A stretch of DNA of 64,000 bases from positions 1 through 64,000 of the forward strand of contig JBILLK010000026.1 of the NCBI GenBank assembly GCA_044376115.1, in the 5' to 3' direction. The stretch comes from Polyangiaceae bacterium (GTDB lineage: Bacteria > Myxococcota_A > Polyangia > Polyangiales > Polyangiaceae). This document shows, one piece after another, positions 29,127 to 39,815 of the stretch. Below the pieces are notes generated by a model. It was not told the DNA's origin and made no database searches. It saw only the letters and a list, made by a program, of their open reading frames with translations. The position numbers and the translations under genes were made by a program. The first letter of the stretch is position 1. The number at the start of each line of letters is the position of its first letter.

Positions 29127-29975
29127 ATGAGCCGCCTCTTCGCCTTGCCCGTGTTCGGCCTGACCCTCGCTGTCGCCGGTTGTGCCTCCGGCGCGTCCGG
29201 CGCAACGAGCACGGGAGGGAGCGGTGGTAACGGCGGTCAGTCGGGTGCCGTGCTCCTCGAGGCGTTCTTCGGCCTCGATGACGCGCTACCGATGACGGCC
29301 AACCTGCTTTGTATGGGCGGTAGCGGGATGGACGGCATGCCGGTCACCTTCTCTCGCCGCATCGCTGTGGACGCGCCGGAGGCGTCGGCGTTTCGCGTGA
29401 CCACCGCTTCGGGCAAGGTCCTCACGCCACGTTGTGCGACGCTGCGCCCTGCGCTCGGGGCAAGCAAACGCCACACCGCGCTCTTGATCGGTGAGTTCGG
29501 CGATGACCCGAGTGATCCGCCGGTAAGCGTGGAGATCATCGGCTCGGTGCCGCTCGAGAACGGTGGCGACGCGAAGGGCCTTTCACTGGCGACGGTGACG
29601 CCACTTGCAGACGGTCCATCGCTGCGGATCGGCTATCGCTATGCACCAGCTGCGCTCCCGGACAGCGACTGTCCGTCCTCCACAAAGCAGATCGTCCAGC
29701 TCACGTGGGCCGGCGGAGTGCGCGCAACGACGGGCGACGAGTTCGGTGACGCCGAGCGGCTGCGCATGCAGGTCACGCTCGAAGGCGGTGAGGTCGTCAC
29801 GCCGATCGCGCTCGCCGACTTGGGCGACAATGACAACTACACCCACCTCTGCCTCGACAGCGCCACGCCAGCGACCTCTGCAGCGGTCGAAGCGGGCGTC
29901 GCGATCGACCCGCGCGGCGACAAGAACCCCGCCACCGCGATCAGCGTGACGCTGGATCCGGAAGCGGCGCAATGA
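29127..29975 (+). CDS. Conserved hypothetical lipoprotein
   Basis: Lipobox VAGC; AFFGLDDALP, DGMPVTFS, TWAGGV, LADLGDNDN. Confidence 0.7.
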   Translation: MSRLFALPVFGLTLAVAGCASGASGATSTGGSGGNGGQSGAVLLEAFFGLDDALPMTANLLCMGGSGMDGMPVTFSRRIAVDAPEASAFRVTTASGKVLTPRCATLRPALGASKRHTALLIGEFGDDPSDPPVSVEIIGSVPLENGGDAKGLSLATVTPLADGPSLRIGYRYAPAALPDSDCPSSTKQIVQLTWAGGVRATTGDEFGDAERLRMQVTLEGGEVVTPIALADLGDNDNYTHLCLDSATPATSAAVEAGVAIDPRGDKNPATAISVTLDPEAAQ

Positions 29976-30033
29976 GTCGCGCGCGCAGCTACGCATCGCT
30001 ATTGGGCTGAAGCGTGAGGCCTGGGCCGAAGTC

Positions 30034-31053
30034 GTGCATTGGACCTGGGGCAAACAATTGCACGACCTTCGGCCGCTTTACGCCGAACGCATGCGACTCA
30101 CCAAAGTGGGCCCGCTCGAGTGCCCTCCAGCCGATCCGAAGGGCTTCACCGAGTACGGCTTCGACGCGCGAGGCAGGCTGCTCGAGGCGCGCATTCATCG
30201 GGGCCGTGGGCGAATGGACGTCGAGCGTTACCGCTACAGCGAGACCACGATCGAGGTGGAGCACGAGTCCGCAACACCCGGGGTCCCGCTAACGAAGAGC
30301 GTGTACCAACTAGCGAGTGGTCGCGTTGTAGCCTGGCGCTGGCAAACGTTGGCCGGCCTCGTGGAAGAGACGTACGAGTACCAGAGCGAGCTCGTGACCA
30401 GCATTCGCACCCTAGGGCCCAACGACCCGCCGCGCTTGTTTCGCTGCGAGTGGGCAGCGGGGGAACTCCAACGCATCACCGTCGAGAAAACGCCGAGCAA
30501 CCAAGTCGTGGAGGTCTTTCGCGCGGCCGACCGAGTAGCCCCTTTCGACATCGCAGCGCTCGAAGCGCTGCTATGCGACACCATCCGCGAGCACGTTCGC
30601 GCCTTCGCCGTCGACAGCCCAGCGTATGCGCTCTTGTTGGTGGAGAACGCTGGGTACGACGCGGTTCCGCCTGAGCTTGCGATCGGGTTGGAACGTGAGC
30701 GTGACGGCTGGCTCGCCGAGGGCATGGATTCGCTTCGCGAGCGCCTGTGGTCGCCGGAGGATCTGACGCTATTCGATGTTCCGGCTTCGCATCTCGACGA
30801 GCCGGCGTTGCAAACCATGACCCGCGCCTTCCAGCAGTTTGCGCGTACGAGCGGCCAGCCAGAGCTCGCCCATCAGCTGAACCTGCGCGTCGCTAAACGC
30901 CTCAACCAGGAGAGCGCTTTGCGCGATCTGCCACAGACGCCCGACTTCGTCGTCGTTGTCGTTGGGCTCGAAAGCGGCCTCACGCACAGTGAGCTCGACA
31001 GCTATCTCCCGGCCGAGAAGCTCGACTTCTTGCGCAAGCGCGGCTGGATTTAG
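30034..31053 (+). CDS. Hypothetical protein (true start may be ATG 29972 with a frameshift near 30005)
   Basis: 339-aa ORF with coding-like composition; no motif recognised. Confidence 0.65.
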   Translation: MHWTWGKQLHDLRPLYAERMRLTKVGPLECPPADPKGFTEYGFDARGRLLEARIHRGRGRMDVERYRYSETTIEVEHESATPGVPLTKSVYQLASGRVVAWRWQTLAGLVEETYEYQSELVTSIRTLGPNDPPRLFRCEWAAGELQRITVEKTPSNQVVEVFRAADRVAPFDIAALEALLCDTIREHVRAFAVDSPAYALLLVENAGYDAVPPELAIGLERERDGWLAEGMDSLRERLWSPEDLTLFDVPASHLDEPALQTMTRAFQQFARTSGQPELAHQLNLRVAKRLNQESALRDLPQTPDFVVVVVGLESGLTHSELDSYLPAEKLDFLRKRGWI

Positions 31054-31125
31054 CGCACGGCACGCTCGTTGCGAAGCACGGCGCATTCGGCGGCCTTCAC
31101 GCTGCTGAATGGAGAATCAAAGCCC

Positions 31126-31344
31126 ATGCGTCTTTCAGTCGTCCTTATGGTTCTCAGCCTGTTCATCGCGGCGGGCGTGGTTGTCACAGCCTGCGGCTCA
31201 AGCTCAACGCCCACGCAAGAAGCGCAGGTTCGGCCGGGGCCGAAGCCTGTACCGGTGCCGCTTCCGCGACCGGAGCCGAAGCCCACGCCCGGCCCGAAGG
31301 ACACCGGGGATCCGGCTCCGCAACCGGCGCCCAGCTCGATGTGA
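31126..31344 (+). CDS. Small Pro-rich lipoprotein
   Basis: Hydrophobic signal with lipobox VTAC; GGAG upstream. Confidence 0.55.
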   Translation: MRLSVVLMVLSLFIAAGVVVTACGSSSTPTQEAQVRPGPKPVPVPLPRPEPKPTPGPKDTGDPAPQPAPSSM

Positions 31345-31530
31345 CGCCCGGCTCCGCAAGCTGCGGCGGCGAAACGCCTCACAGGCGCTTGATTGCCCCA
31401 GCCTGGAGTGGACCACCCTGGACGCAGCACGCTGCGCGAACCCATCAGAAGCTTCGCGACCCTATCGACCCAGGCACGGGCTGTGCTGTAGACCCGGTAT
31501 GTTGTTGCAAATGTTCCAAGGCCGGTCCCA

Positions 31531-32061
31531 TTGAACCGGCGCCAGCTGCTGGTCGGCGTCGCAGGCGTGCTGCTCACGAGCCTCCCGCGTTCCGCCAACG
31601 CTGCGGAGGACCTACTCAAGCCCTACCTGGGGCCGTTCCGACATAGCGGTGGTGACAAGGACCTCAAAGCTCGCGACCGCGCGATCGAAGGCGTCGTCTC
31701 CGAGATGAGCTTCCTCGTGCGCAAGATGGCGCGGGATCGCCTGACGGCGGCCAACGCGATCGCGCAGGCGATCATCTTCTCGCGCACCGCGACCTCGCTC
31801 ACCATCGCGATGGACGCACGCGTCTTCACCGGACCGCTCGACGGCTCGAAGACCAAGGTCACGTCGAGCGGCGATACCGAGATCGACATGAGCTACGTGC
31901 TGTCGAAAGACTCGCTGACGCAGAACTTCGAGCGCGACGGGCGCGGTCGCATCAACACCTTCACCCTCGACGGCGACAAAAGCCTGCGGCTCGACGTGCG
32001 CGTGTTCGCCGATGAACTGCCGAAGGACCTCGTCTACAAGCTCAGCTACGTGCGCAAGTAA
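31531..32061 (+). CDS. Hypothetical secreted protein with Tat-like signal
   Basis: NRRQLLVG...ANA signal; beta-rich C-terminus. Confidence 0.7.
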   Translation: MNRRQLLVGVAGVLLTSLPRSANAAEDLLKPYLGPFRHSGGDKDLKARDRAIEGVVSEMSFLVRKMARDRLTAANAIAQAIIFSRTATSLTIAMDARVFTGPLDGSKTKVTSSGDTEIDMSYVLSKDSLTQNFERDGRGRINTFTLDGDKSLRLDVRVFADELPKDLVYKLSYVRK

Positions 32062-32063
32062 CG

Positions 32064-32999
32064 TCAGAAGGCGAGCCGTAACAGCGTGCTCGCCTCACGG
32101 CTTTCGAGCTTGCGCAGCGTCGCCTCGTAGGCCGCCTGCGCGACCGCCGCAGCGCGCGCCACGTCCATCGGGTCGCGGCCCATCAACGTAAGCAGCGCGC
32201 CCTCCGGCTCGAGTGTCAGCACCGGCAGGCTGCGCTCGAGCCGTCGCCGCTCGAGCGCGAGCAACGCGCGCATCGGCGTGAACATCGAGAGCGGCGCGCT
32301 TACGATCACGAGATCGAGCGGGCGCTCGGCGAGCAGATCGAGGTGCGTCCCTGAAGCGACGCCACCGTCGACATAACGCTGGCCCTGCCAATCGACCGGC
32401 TTGTACACGCCGGGCACCGCCGAGGAGCAGCTCACCGCGGTGCCCAGATCGATGCTCGGCGCGCCCTCGGCGCCAAAGGCGATGCGCTCCCCGCGATCGA
32501 GCTCCACCGCCGTAATCAACGTCTCTCGCTCGGGCCAGGTTGCACCGAAGATCGTACGCAGCCCTTCGGCCTGCGCGTCGAGTCGCACGCGCCCGGCCGG
32601 GAGCAACGCCGCGACCACGCGGCCCGGCCGCCACGCTCGCGGACGCGACAAAGCATGCAGCAGAAACCGCGGTGAGGCCGGCCAGGCGCTCTTCGGCAAC
32701 GCAGCGTCGGGCGTCTTGTGGCAAGGCCGCAGATAGTGTCGCGCGATCGCTTGCGCCGCGTCGCTCAGCGGCGCGCCGGAGGCCCGCGCGGCTAGCTCCT
32801 CGCCGGTCATACCAGCGCGCAACAGCGCAGCCACTTGCGCTCCGGCCGAGGTCCCCACGACCGTCGTCGCGAGCCGCGTATCCCAGCCCAAGTGGCGCTC
32901 GAGCGCTGCGAGTACGCCGGCGTGATACGCGTGACCGACGGGCCCGCCCGCACCGAGCACCAAGCCGATCTTCGGCGTACGCTGCTGTGGGCTGTTCAC
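32064..32999 (-). CDS. Patatin-like phospholipase
   Basis: LVLGAGG, GTSAG nucleophile, DGG motif. Confidence 0.9.
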   Translation of the reverse strand: MNSPQQRTPKIGLVLGAGGPVGHAYHAGVLAALERHLGWDTRLATTVVGTSAGAQVAALLRAGMTGEELAARASGAPLSDAAQAIARHYLRPCHKTPDAALPKSAWPASPRFLLHALSRPRAWRPGRVVAALLPAGRVRLDAQAEGLRTIFGATWPERETLITAVELDRGERIAFGAEGAPSIDLGTAVSCSSAVPGVYKPVDWQGQRYVDGGVASGTHLDLLAERPLDLVIVSAPLSMFTPMRALLALERRRLERSLPVLTLEPEGALLTLMGRDPMDVARAAAVAQAAYEATLRKLESREASTLLRLAF

Positions 33000-33096
33000 G
33001 GTGCGCCGAAGGTAAGGACCGCCCAGCGTGAAACAAGGCCTGTGCGCGCTTTGCACCCCTGCCCTCACCTGGTCTCGCGCTTGCTCTCTCAACACC

Positions 33097-34536
33097 ATGG
33101 AACGACTCTCGGGTCTCGACGCGGGGTTCCTCTATCTCGAAACCCCAACCTTGCTGATGCACACGCTCAAGCTGGTGTTGCTCCCTCCGCTCGACGACCC
33201 AGCCAACGCGCGCGAGCGGTTGATCGCCGCGACGCGCAAGAGGTTGCACCTTTTTCCGCTGCTGAGGCGTCGCTTGTTGGCGGTTCCACTTGGGCTCCAC
33301 CATCCGCTGTGGAGCGAGAGCGTGGAGGTCGACGTTGCGCGGCATGTGTTGTGTAAACGCGTGCGCGCACCCGGCGGACCTCGCGAGCTGGATTCGGCGA
33401 TCGCCGCGATCGCCAGTCAGCCGCTGGAGCGAAGTCTACCGCTGTGGGAGCTGTGGCTGCTCGAGGGGCGTGCGGATCGCGCGCTGGCGGTATTGGTAAA
33501 AATGCACCATGCGCTGGCCGACGGCGCGACCGCCTTGCGTCTACTCGAAGCGGTGACCTCGGAGGATCGCGGCAGCGAGCCAATCGCCCAGCCGAGCACG
33601 CGCTGGCAAGCCGAGCCGGTGCCGTCGAGCGCGTCGCTCATGCGAAGGGCGGTCGCCGATCGTTTGCGAGAGGCGGCTCAGCTACCAGCGCTGGTCAAGC
33701 GAACCTGGAAGGCGGTTACAGACTTGCGCGCGCACCGGCTCACGCCGCGTCCGCCGCGTCCGATGCTCGATGCGCCGCGCACGTCGTTCAATGGCGCGAT
33801 CAGCGCTCACCGCTCGCTCGCAACCGTCGCTCTACCGCTCGCCTTGGCTATGCGTGTGAAGGCCAGCGCCCGGGTCAGCTTGAACGACGTGATCCTGGCG
33901 TTGGTTGGCTCGGCCTTGCGCAGCTACTTGCAAGCCAACGGCGAACTTCCGGAGCGCGCGCTGATCGCCAGCGTGCCCAGCTCGTCCGAGAGCGAGCCGA
34001 GCACGCAGCTCTCCGGCAATCACGTCTCCAGCCTGTTCACTACGCTGGCCACCGACGTCGCCGACGACTGGCAACGTCTGCTCGTGATCCACCAAGTCAC
34101 ACAGCAGGCTAAACAAGTGCAAGCGCTCGTACCTGCGTCGCTGCTCGGCGATTGGTTGCAATACGCGATGCCCAAGCCGGCTTCGTGGGTCGTCGACCAA
34201 TGGTCGCGCTGGCAGCTCGCCGACTATGTACCGCCGCCGGTCAACGTGGTGGTCTCCTTCGTCCGCGGACCAAGCGAACTGCGCTTCATCGAAGGAAGGC
34301 CGCTGCGCGCGATCTACTCGGTGGGCCCCATTCTCGAGGGCATCGGGCTCAACATCACCGTGTGGAGCTACTTGGACAAGCTCCACTTCAGCGTACTCGC
34401 ATGCAAAGACCTGACGCCCGATCCGCAGCGAATCAGCGCAGGAATCGCCGTTGCACTCGACAACCTTGTAAAAGTGGCCTCGCTAGGAAGAAGCCCAGGC
34501 TCGAGCAGGCTTCCCATGACGGCGTTGTCCCCTTAG
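33097..34536 (+). CDS. Wax ester synthase / diacylglycerol acyltransferase (WS/DGAT)
   Basis: MERLSGLDAGFLYLET, PLWELW, HHALADG catalytic motif, LNITVWSY. Confidence 0.92.
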   Translation: MERLSGLDAGFLYLETPTLLMHTLKLVLLPPLDDPANARERLIAATRKRLHLFPLLRRRLLAVPLGLHHPLWSESVEVDVARHVLCKRVRAPGGPRELDSAIAAIASQPLERSLPLWELWLLEGRADRALAVLVKMHHALADGATALRLLEAVTSEDRGSEPIAQPSTRWQAEPVPSSASLMRRAVADRLREAAQLPALVKRTWKAVTDLRAHRLTPRPPRPMLDAPRTSFNGAISAHRSLATVALPLALAMRVKASARVSLNDVILALVGSALRSYLQANGELPERALIASVPSSSESEPSTQLSGNHVSSLFTTLATDVADDWQRLLVIHQVTQQAKQVQALVPASLLGDWLQYAMPKPASWVVDQWSRWQLADYVPPPVNVVVSFVRGPSELRFIEGRPLRAIYSVGPILEGIGLNITVWSYLDKLHFSVLACKDLTPDPQRISAGIAVALDNLVKVASLGRSPGSSRLPMTALSP

Positions 34537-34545
34537 CGTTGCGGA

Positions 34546-37500
34546 ATGGCCAGAACCGCACCGGTGCCGAACATTCCTCCCCTCCCCGGAATGTGCCCCA
34601 GCATTGCCGTCCTCGGTGGCGGCGGAGACGGCGGTGGTAGCGGGGGGCGCGGCGCGGGCGACGGAAATGGGAATGGTCCCGGAAACGGCGACGGAAGCGG
34701 CGATAACGCCAATGGCGACGGAAGCGGAACAGGCTCATGCGGCAACGGCTCGGCGGGTGGCTGCTCCAGCTGCTCGTCGGGTACCGCCGCAGGTGACCCA
34801 GTCGACGTGACCTCAGGCAATACCTTTACCGTTCCGCACCGAGACTTGTTCCTGCCAGGGCCCTTCTGTCTGGACCTTCGCCGCTCCTATTCAGCGTCGC
34901 TGCGCGACTCGGACTTCGGCCTTGGCCACGGCTGGATGCTCACGATTAGCTGCAGGCTGGAAGAGCACGCCTTCATCTCGTGCTCTTCACCGGTGACGGC
35001 AAACGCATCATTTTGCCGCGTCTCGAGCACGACGGAGAAGAGTCGACCTCTGGCGGGTGGGCTGTCCGCCGCATCGATGGTGGCTATAGCGTTCGCCCTG
35101 GCAACGAGTTCATTCATTGGTTCCAGCGACAGAGCCCTGACTCCGAGCGCTTCGACTTGGTGGCAATCAGCTACCGTCGCCGCGGCTCGATCGAGTTTGA
35201 GTACAAGACGCCGGGAGTACTGGCCAAAGTGCGCGACAGCGCAGGCCGCGAGATCATCTTTACCAGCGACAAGGGTCGCACCACGAGCATCCACGTACCT
35301 GCGCCTGACGGCACCTCGATCACCTTCGCCCGTTACACCTATGACGAGCATGGGGACCTCGTCCATTTCGTCGATGCTGACGGCAATGCCACGCGCTACT
35401 CGTACGACCAACACAGGCTCGTCGCGATCGCCTATCCGAGCGGGCTTTTTGCTCGCTTTCGTTACGATTCGCAAGGCCGCTGCGTGGAGACCTGGTGCGA
35501 TCGCGACGGCCAGTCTGAGCCCGCGCTCGCAGACGACGCTCCGGAGCTTCTCGCCGACGGTCAGACCAAAGCGCGCGGCATCTACCACGCGCTCATCGAT
35601 TTTTCGGCCGATGGCTCGTCAGAGGTCACGGATTCGCGCGGCATACGGCGATTCGAGGCGTCGCCCGACGGCAAGGTCGGGAAGGCCGTGGATGCGCGCG
35701 GCGGTGTAATGACGCGTCAAACCAGCCCTACCGGTCACCTGCTCTCGCAGACAGACGCGAACGGCGCGGTTTCGACCTTCGACTATGACGAATTCGGCGA
35801 GCGCATCTTCGAGGGAGATCCGACCAGCGGTTCCATCAAGATGCGACGGGACGCCGGCGGTCGAATCGTTCAATACGTCGACGGCGCCGGCGGCACAGTG
35901 ACCTTCACGCGCGACGATGCGGGCGAGGTTCTGAGCGTTACCGATCAGAACGGAGCCGTTACACGCTTTACCAATGATGCTCGCGGACTACCGGTCGCCG
36001 TGCACGACGATCGAGGCGGCCAAACGCGCTACGAATACGACCAGCACGGAAACGCTGTTGAGCTATTGACGCCACTCGGCTCGGTCGTTCGCTTTCGCTT
36101 CGATTGGTGGGGACGGTGCACGAGCGAACAAGATCCAACGGGCGCGGTTAGGCGCTACGAGTACACGGCGTCGGGCCGTGTCAGCGCGATCCTGGATCCT
36201 TTGGGAGGGGTGACGTCCTTTGGCTACGACGGGATGGGCAACAAAACGAGCCATCGCCGACCCGACGGGACGACCACCACCGTTGCCTACGGCGGACTCA
36301 ATTGGGCCTACTGCACGAGCTATCCCGATGGCTCCGAGGTTCGCGTGACCTTCGACCGGGAGGGCGCTCCAATTCACGTTTGGAACGAACGCGGCGAGCG
36401 CTTCGATCTCATTCGAGACGCAACCGGGCTCATCATCGAAGAGCGCGACTTCACCGGCCGCGTCACGCGAATGAAGCGGGACAAGGTTGGTCATATCGTC
36501 AAGGTTTCGGAAGGACGTTTGCATCGCACCCTGACCCGCGATGCGCTCGGGAGGGTGATCGCCGAGGAGAACCAGGACGGCGAGCAGCACAGCTTCGAGT
36601 ACGACGCGCGAGGCGAACTCGTCGCCGCCAAGTCAGGCCCGACGGGGTTCCAATGGACGCGCGACGCGACCGGCGAAATCCTACGAGAGGAGCTGTTGAT
36701 TCGTGGGCTGCGCTACGAGGTCAACAAGCAGCGCACGCGCACGGGGGAGGTAGCGAGCCTGGAGACGTCGCTGGGCCATCAAGTTTGCTACACGCGCAAT
36801 GCGATGGGCCAGACCGTCCGCATCGACAGCGCAGGCAACACGGTGCTCGGTATCCAACGGGATTCGCGCGGTGCGCCGGTCGAACGTCATTTCGACGCTG
36901 GCGGCGCGATGGTCTCGCAATTCGATCCGCTCAAGCGGCTTGCGGCCCGTGAACTCGTAGCCGCGGGGACCAAACAAGACAACTCGCTGCCAGAACCTCT
37001 CCGCCGCTCGGGGACGCGACGTTATGCCTTTGAGTACACGCCGATCGATGAGGTCAAGAGTGTGTGGCGGCCCGACGGCTCAAGCGTCGAGTACACCTAC
37101 GACACACGCAGGCACGTCACGAGTGTCCGCTCCGGTGGCGCCATTCTCGCGGCGTTTCCTGCTGATTCAACAGGTCGATACGCAGAGGAGGGAGTGGGCG
37201 GCGGACGTCTGTACGAGGCCGGTGGAAAGCTGGTTGAGCGGGGTAAGCTTCGCTACAAGTACGACGACTACGGTCGCTTGATCGAACGCTGTAGCGTTCA
37301 AGATGACGGGCAGTGCGTGGACCTGACGCGCTTTGAGTGGAACGGCTGGGGCAATCTTGCAGCCGTAATTGCGCCTGACGGCGTACGCACCGAATTCGCA
37401 TACGATGCCTTTGCGCGTCGGCTCGAAAAGCGGGTCGTGAGCAAGAAGAAGGTCGTTGCTCAAAGTCACTTCGTTTGGGACCTCACGGCGGTGGTGCACG

Positions 37501-38438
37501 AGGTCGAAGTGAAGGGCGAAGACTGTGTGGCGAAGCACACCTTCTTGTTCGAGGACGAGCAGTGCGTAGAGCCAATCGCGGAACGGCGCGGTAGCGAGTG
37601 GGCCTACCACGTGTCGGACGTGAATGGCGCTCCACTCGAACTGGTGAACGGTAAGGGCCAACCCCTCGCCGAATTCGAACGCGGGCTGTTCGGCCATCTC
37701 CAGATGAAGCGCGGCTCCGCAATGACGCCCATCCGGTTCTCCGGTCAGTGGGCCGACGCAGAGACAGGGCTGCACTACAACCGCTATCGCTACTACGATC
37801 CCAACAGCGGTCGCTACATCTCCCCGGACCCGGTCGGGCTCTACGGTGGCTTGGAACTCTACGCCTACGGCCCCAACCCCGTGGCCTGGGTCGACCCGAT
37901 GGGTTGGACCCACTTCCTTCGAGTGACTGGTTTCGACCCCGCCGGAGCGCGCCACTCCGCGAGTGGCGCAGGCACCCGCCCAGTCGACTACGACTCGTGC
38001 CTCAACGCCAATAGCTGTCCCCGCGTGCTTTCACACCCGTCGGGTCATCTCGGACACAGCGAACAGACCTTTTGCCATGACCTGCTCCGAAGCGGAGAGG
38101 AGGGCGGAACCTACGGACTTCGAGGGTCACTTCCACCCTGTCCAAACTGCCACGGGGCAATGATGCGCACCGCGCACGAGACGAACTCAACCATTACCTA
38201 TCGTTGGGGTCAGCCGCCCAACAACAACAGCATCACCTACACCCCCACCGGGGTCCCACCCGGCAACTACCGCGGAAGCTCAGCCAGGGCACTACGCGAC
38301 GGTGGCTATGGCGCGACGGAGCTCACTGACGGCTGGACACGGCCGGCCTCGGGCGCAGCGCCTGCCCGCAGCGGCCGCGACACGTGGGGCGTCTCCCGGC
38401 CGCCGGGCACCTTCAGGACCTATTGGGACAACAAGTAG
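34546..38438 (+). CDS. RHS/YD-repeat polymorphic toxin with C-terminal Zn-dependent deaminase domain; -1 frameshift at ~34968
   Basis: GDPVDVTSG...DLFLPG...RSYS...GLGHGW (DUF6531-like), YD repeats, core PIRFSGQWADAETGLHYNRYRYYDP...DPMG, tip HSE...PPCPNC. Confidence 0.9.
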
Positions 38439-38501
38439 ACTGAGCGCTGCGGCGGAGAAGCTAATTGGTTGCTCGATCACGCAAGGGGCAAGCTGGAAGC
38501 A

Positions 38502-39434
38502 TCACGCGTTATCGAAGAAGTGATTCTCGATCAAGTTGATCTTCTGGCTTGGAACGTTGAGGAACTCGAGCAGCTTCTTGTTGGCAGCTGGCGTCTTCAG
38601 CTGCAGGCTGGCGCTCGACACCTTTCCCTTGAGAATCAAGAACGGCTGCTCGTCCAGCTTGGTTTGGATCACCCCTAGGCTCAGGGAGACTGCAGCAGTC
38701 GCAAGGCCACTAAGGTCGGGGATGAGGTGAGCAGATACGAGCACCACTGTCTCGAGCAGGGGTGCGTCTGCCAAGGATCCCAGGCGAGCCATACCCTTCG
38801 GCGAGTCGACACGGAGAAAGCGCAGGTTCGGTAGTCCGGCCAATCCGGCCAGTGAACCGAGTTTGCTGGGACTTAGTAGAATGAGCCGCTCAAGGAGCTT
38901 TGAGGCAGGGAGCGTTGTTGCAGTTGTGTTCTGAAGTGCAAGCTCCTGGAGCCCGGGCTGCGCGGCCACGAACGGAGCTCCGTCGTCACTCATTTTCGTC
39001 CAACCTAGCGAACGCAAGCGCGGCAGAGCCGCGAACTCGCTCACAGCCGGCAGATCAAGAACCAGTTGTTCGACGTTTGTGTCGCGTGGCAGCTCAGCGA
39101 ATGAGATCGGCTTCGTATGGGTCCTTATCGAGAGCCGCCGGACAGAATTAGGGAGCGCCCCAAGTCCCTCGAAACTGCGCCGCCCTCCTTCCAAGACAAC
39201 GAATGGAACACCCGCCGCATGTTGCAGTACGGACAGAGGAGCCTTCGAGCCAACGACCACGACCGTATTGGCGCCGTGACCATCGATCAACGTCCGCAGC
39301 TCGTGAACATCCTTCGTTGAGAGTTCTTGGGCGAGCAGCGCGATGCCACCCTTTGCCTTTGGGCTTAGCTTCTTGCCAGTCTGAAACACCGGTTCGTCGT
39401 GTTTAAAGAACGGTCGGGGAATTTCGTTTGCCAT
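38502..39434 (-). CDS. Leucine-rich-repeat-like protein
   Basis: Repeats LPRLRSL, LQELAL, LERLIL, LPNLRFLRV, LETVVL. Confidence 0.7.
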   Translation of the reverse strand: MANEIPRPFFKHDEPVFQTGKKLSPKAKGGIALLAQELSTKDVHELRTLIDGHGANTVVVVGSKAPLSVLQHAAGVPFVVLEGGRRSFEGLGALPNSVRRLSIRTHTKPISFAELPRDTNVEQLVLDLPAVSEFAALPRLRSLGWTKMSDDGAPFVAAQPGLQELALQNTTATTLPASKLLERLILLSPSKLGSLAGLAGLPNLRFLRVDSPKGMARLGSLADAPLLETVVLVSAHLIPDLSGLATAAVSLSLGVIQTKLDEQPFLILKGKVSSASLQLKTPAANKKLLEFLNVPSQKINLIENHFFDNA

Positions 39435-39464
39435 CGCCGCGCGAGGATATGAGATCGTCCCCGT

Positions 39465-39815
39465 ATGCGCCTGCAATTCCGACCTCTGCCCGGCTCCGAC
39501 TTCGAGGATCTAAGCGAGCTCCAGCGCGAGCAACTTGGGCCTCTGCTCGAGCAGGCCGAGTCAGACGGAGAAGGTGGCGCCGAGCTAATTGAACGCTTCG
39601 ACGTGCTCGATGAACACGGCCAGCACGTCTACGATCTCCATCTCTTCTGCGGTGAGGACGGCCAGCTGCACAAGGCCGGCACGCTCGAGTACGTAGCCTC
39701 CTTCTCGCAGGGGGCTGCCACCGGCAGAGATGACGAGAGCTTGCTCGCAGCGCTCGACGCAGCCTATGAGGCGTGGGCAACGGCACGGCGCGCGGATCGC
39801 AAAGCGACGCGATGA
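39465..39815 (+). CDS. Small acidic hypothetical protein
   Basis: 116-aa ORF with ATGA overlap to the next gene. Confidence 0.65.
   Translation: MRLQFRPLPGSDFEDLSELQREQLGPLLEQAESDGEGGAELIERFDVLDEHGQHVYDLHLFCGEDGQLHKAGTLEYVASFSQGAATGRDDESLLAALDAAYEAWATARRADRKATR

Noticed and set aside
32064..34536. Patatin plus WS/DGAT pair as a novel system
   Set aside because: Both are well-known neutral-lipid enzymes with intact canonical motifs; nothing unusual seen.
34981..35709. C-terminal part of ORF 34546-35709 as a separate protein
   Set aside because: Out-of-frame read-through after the ~34968 frameshift; the RHS frame carries the real sequence.
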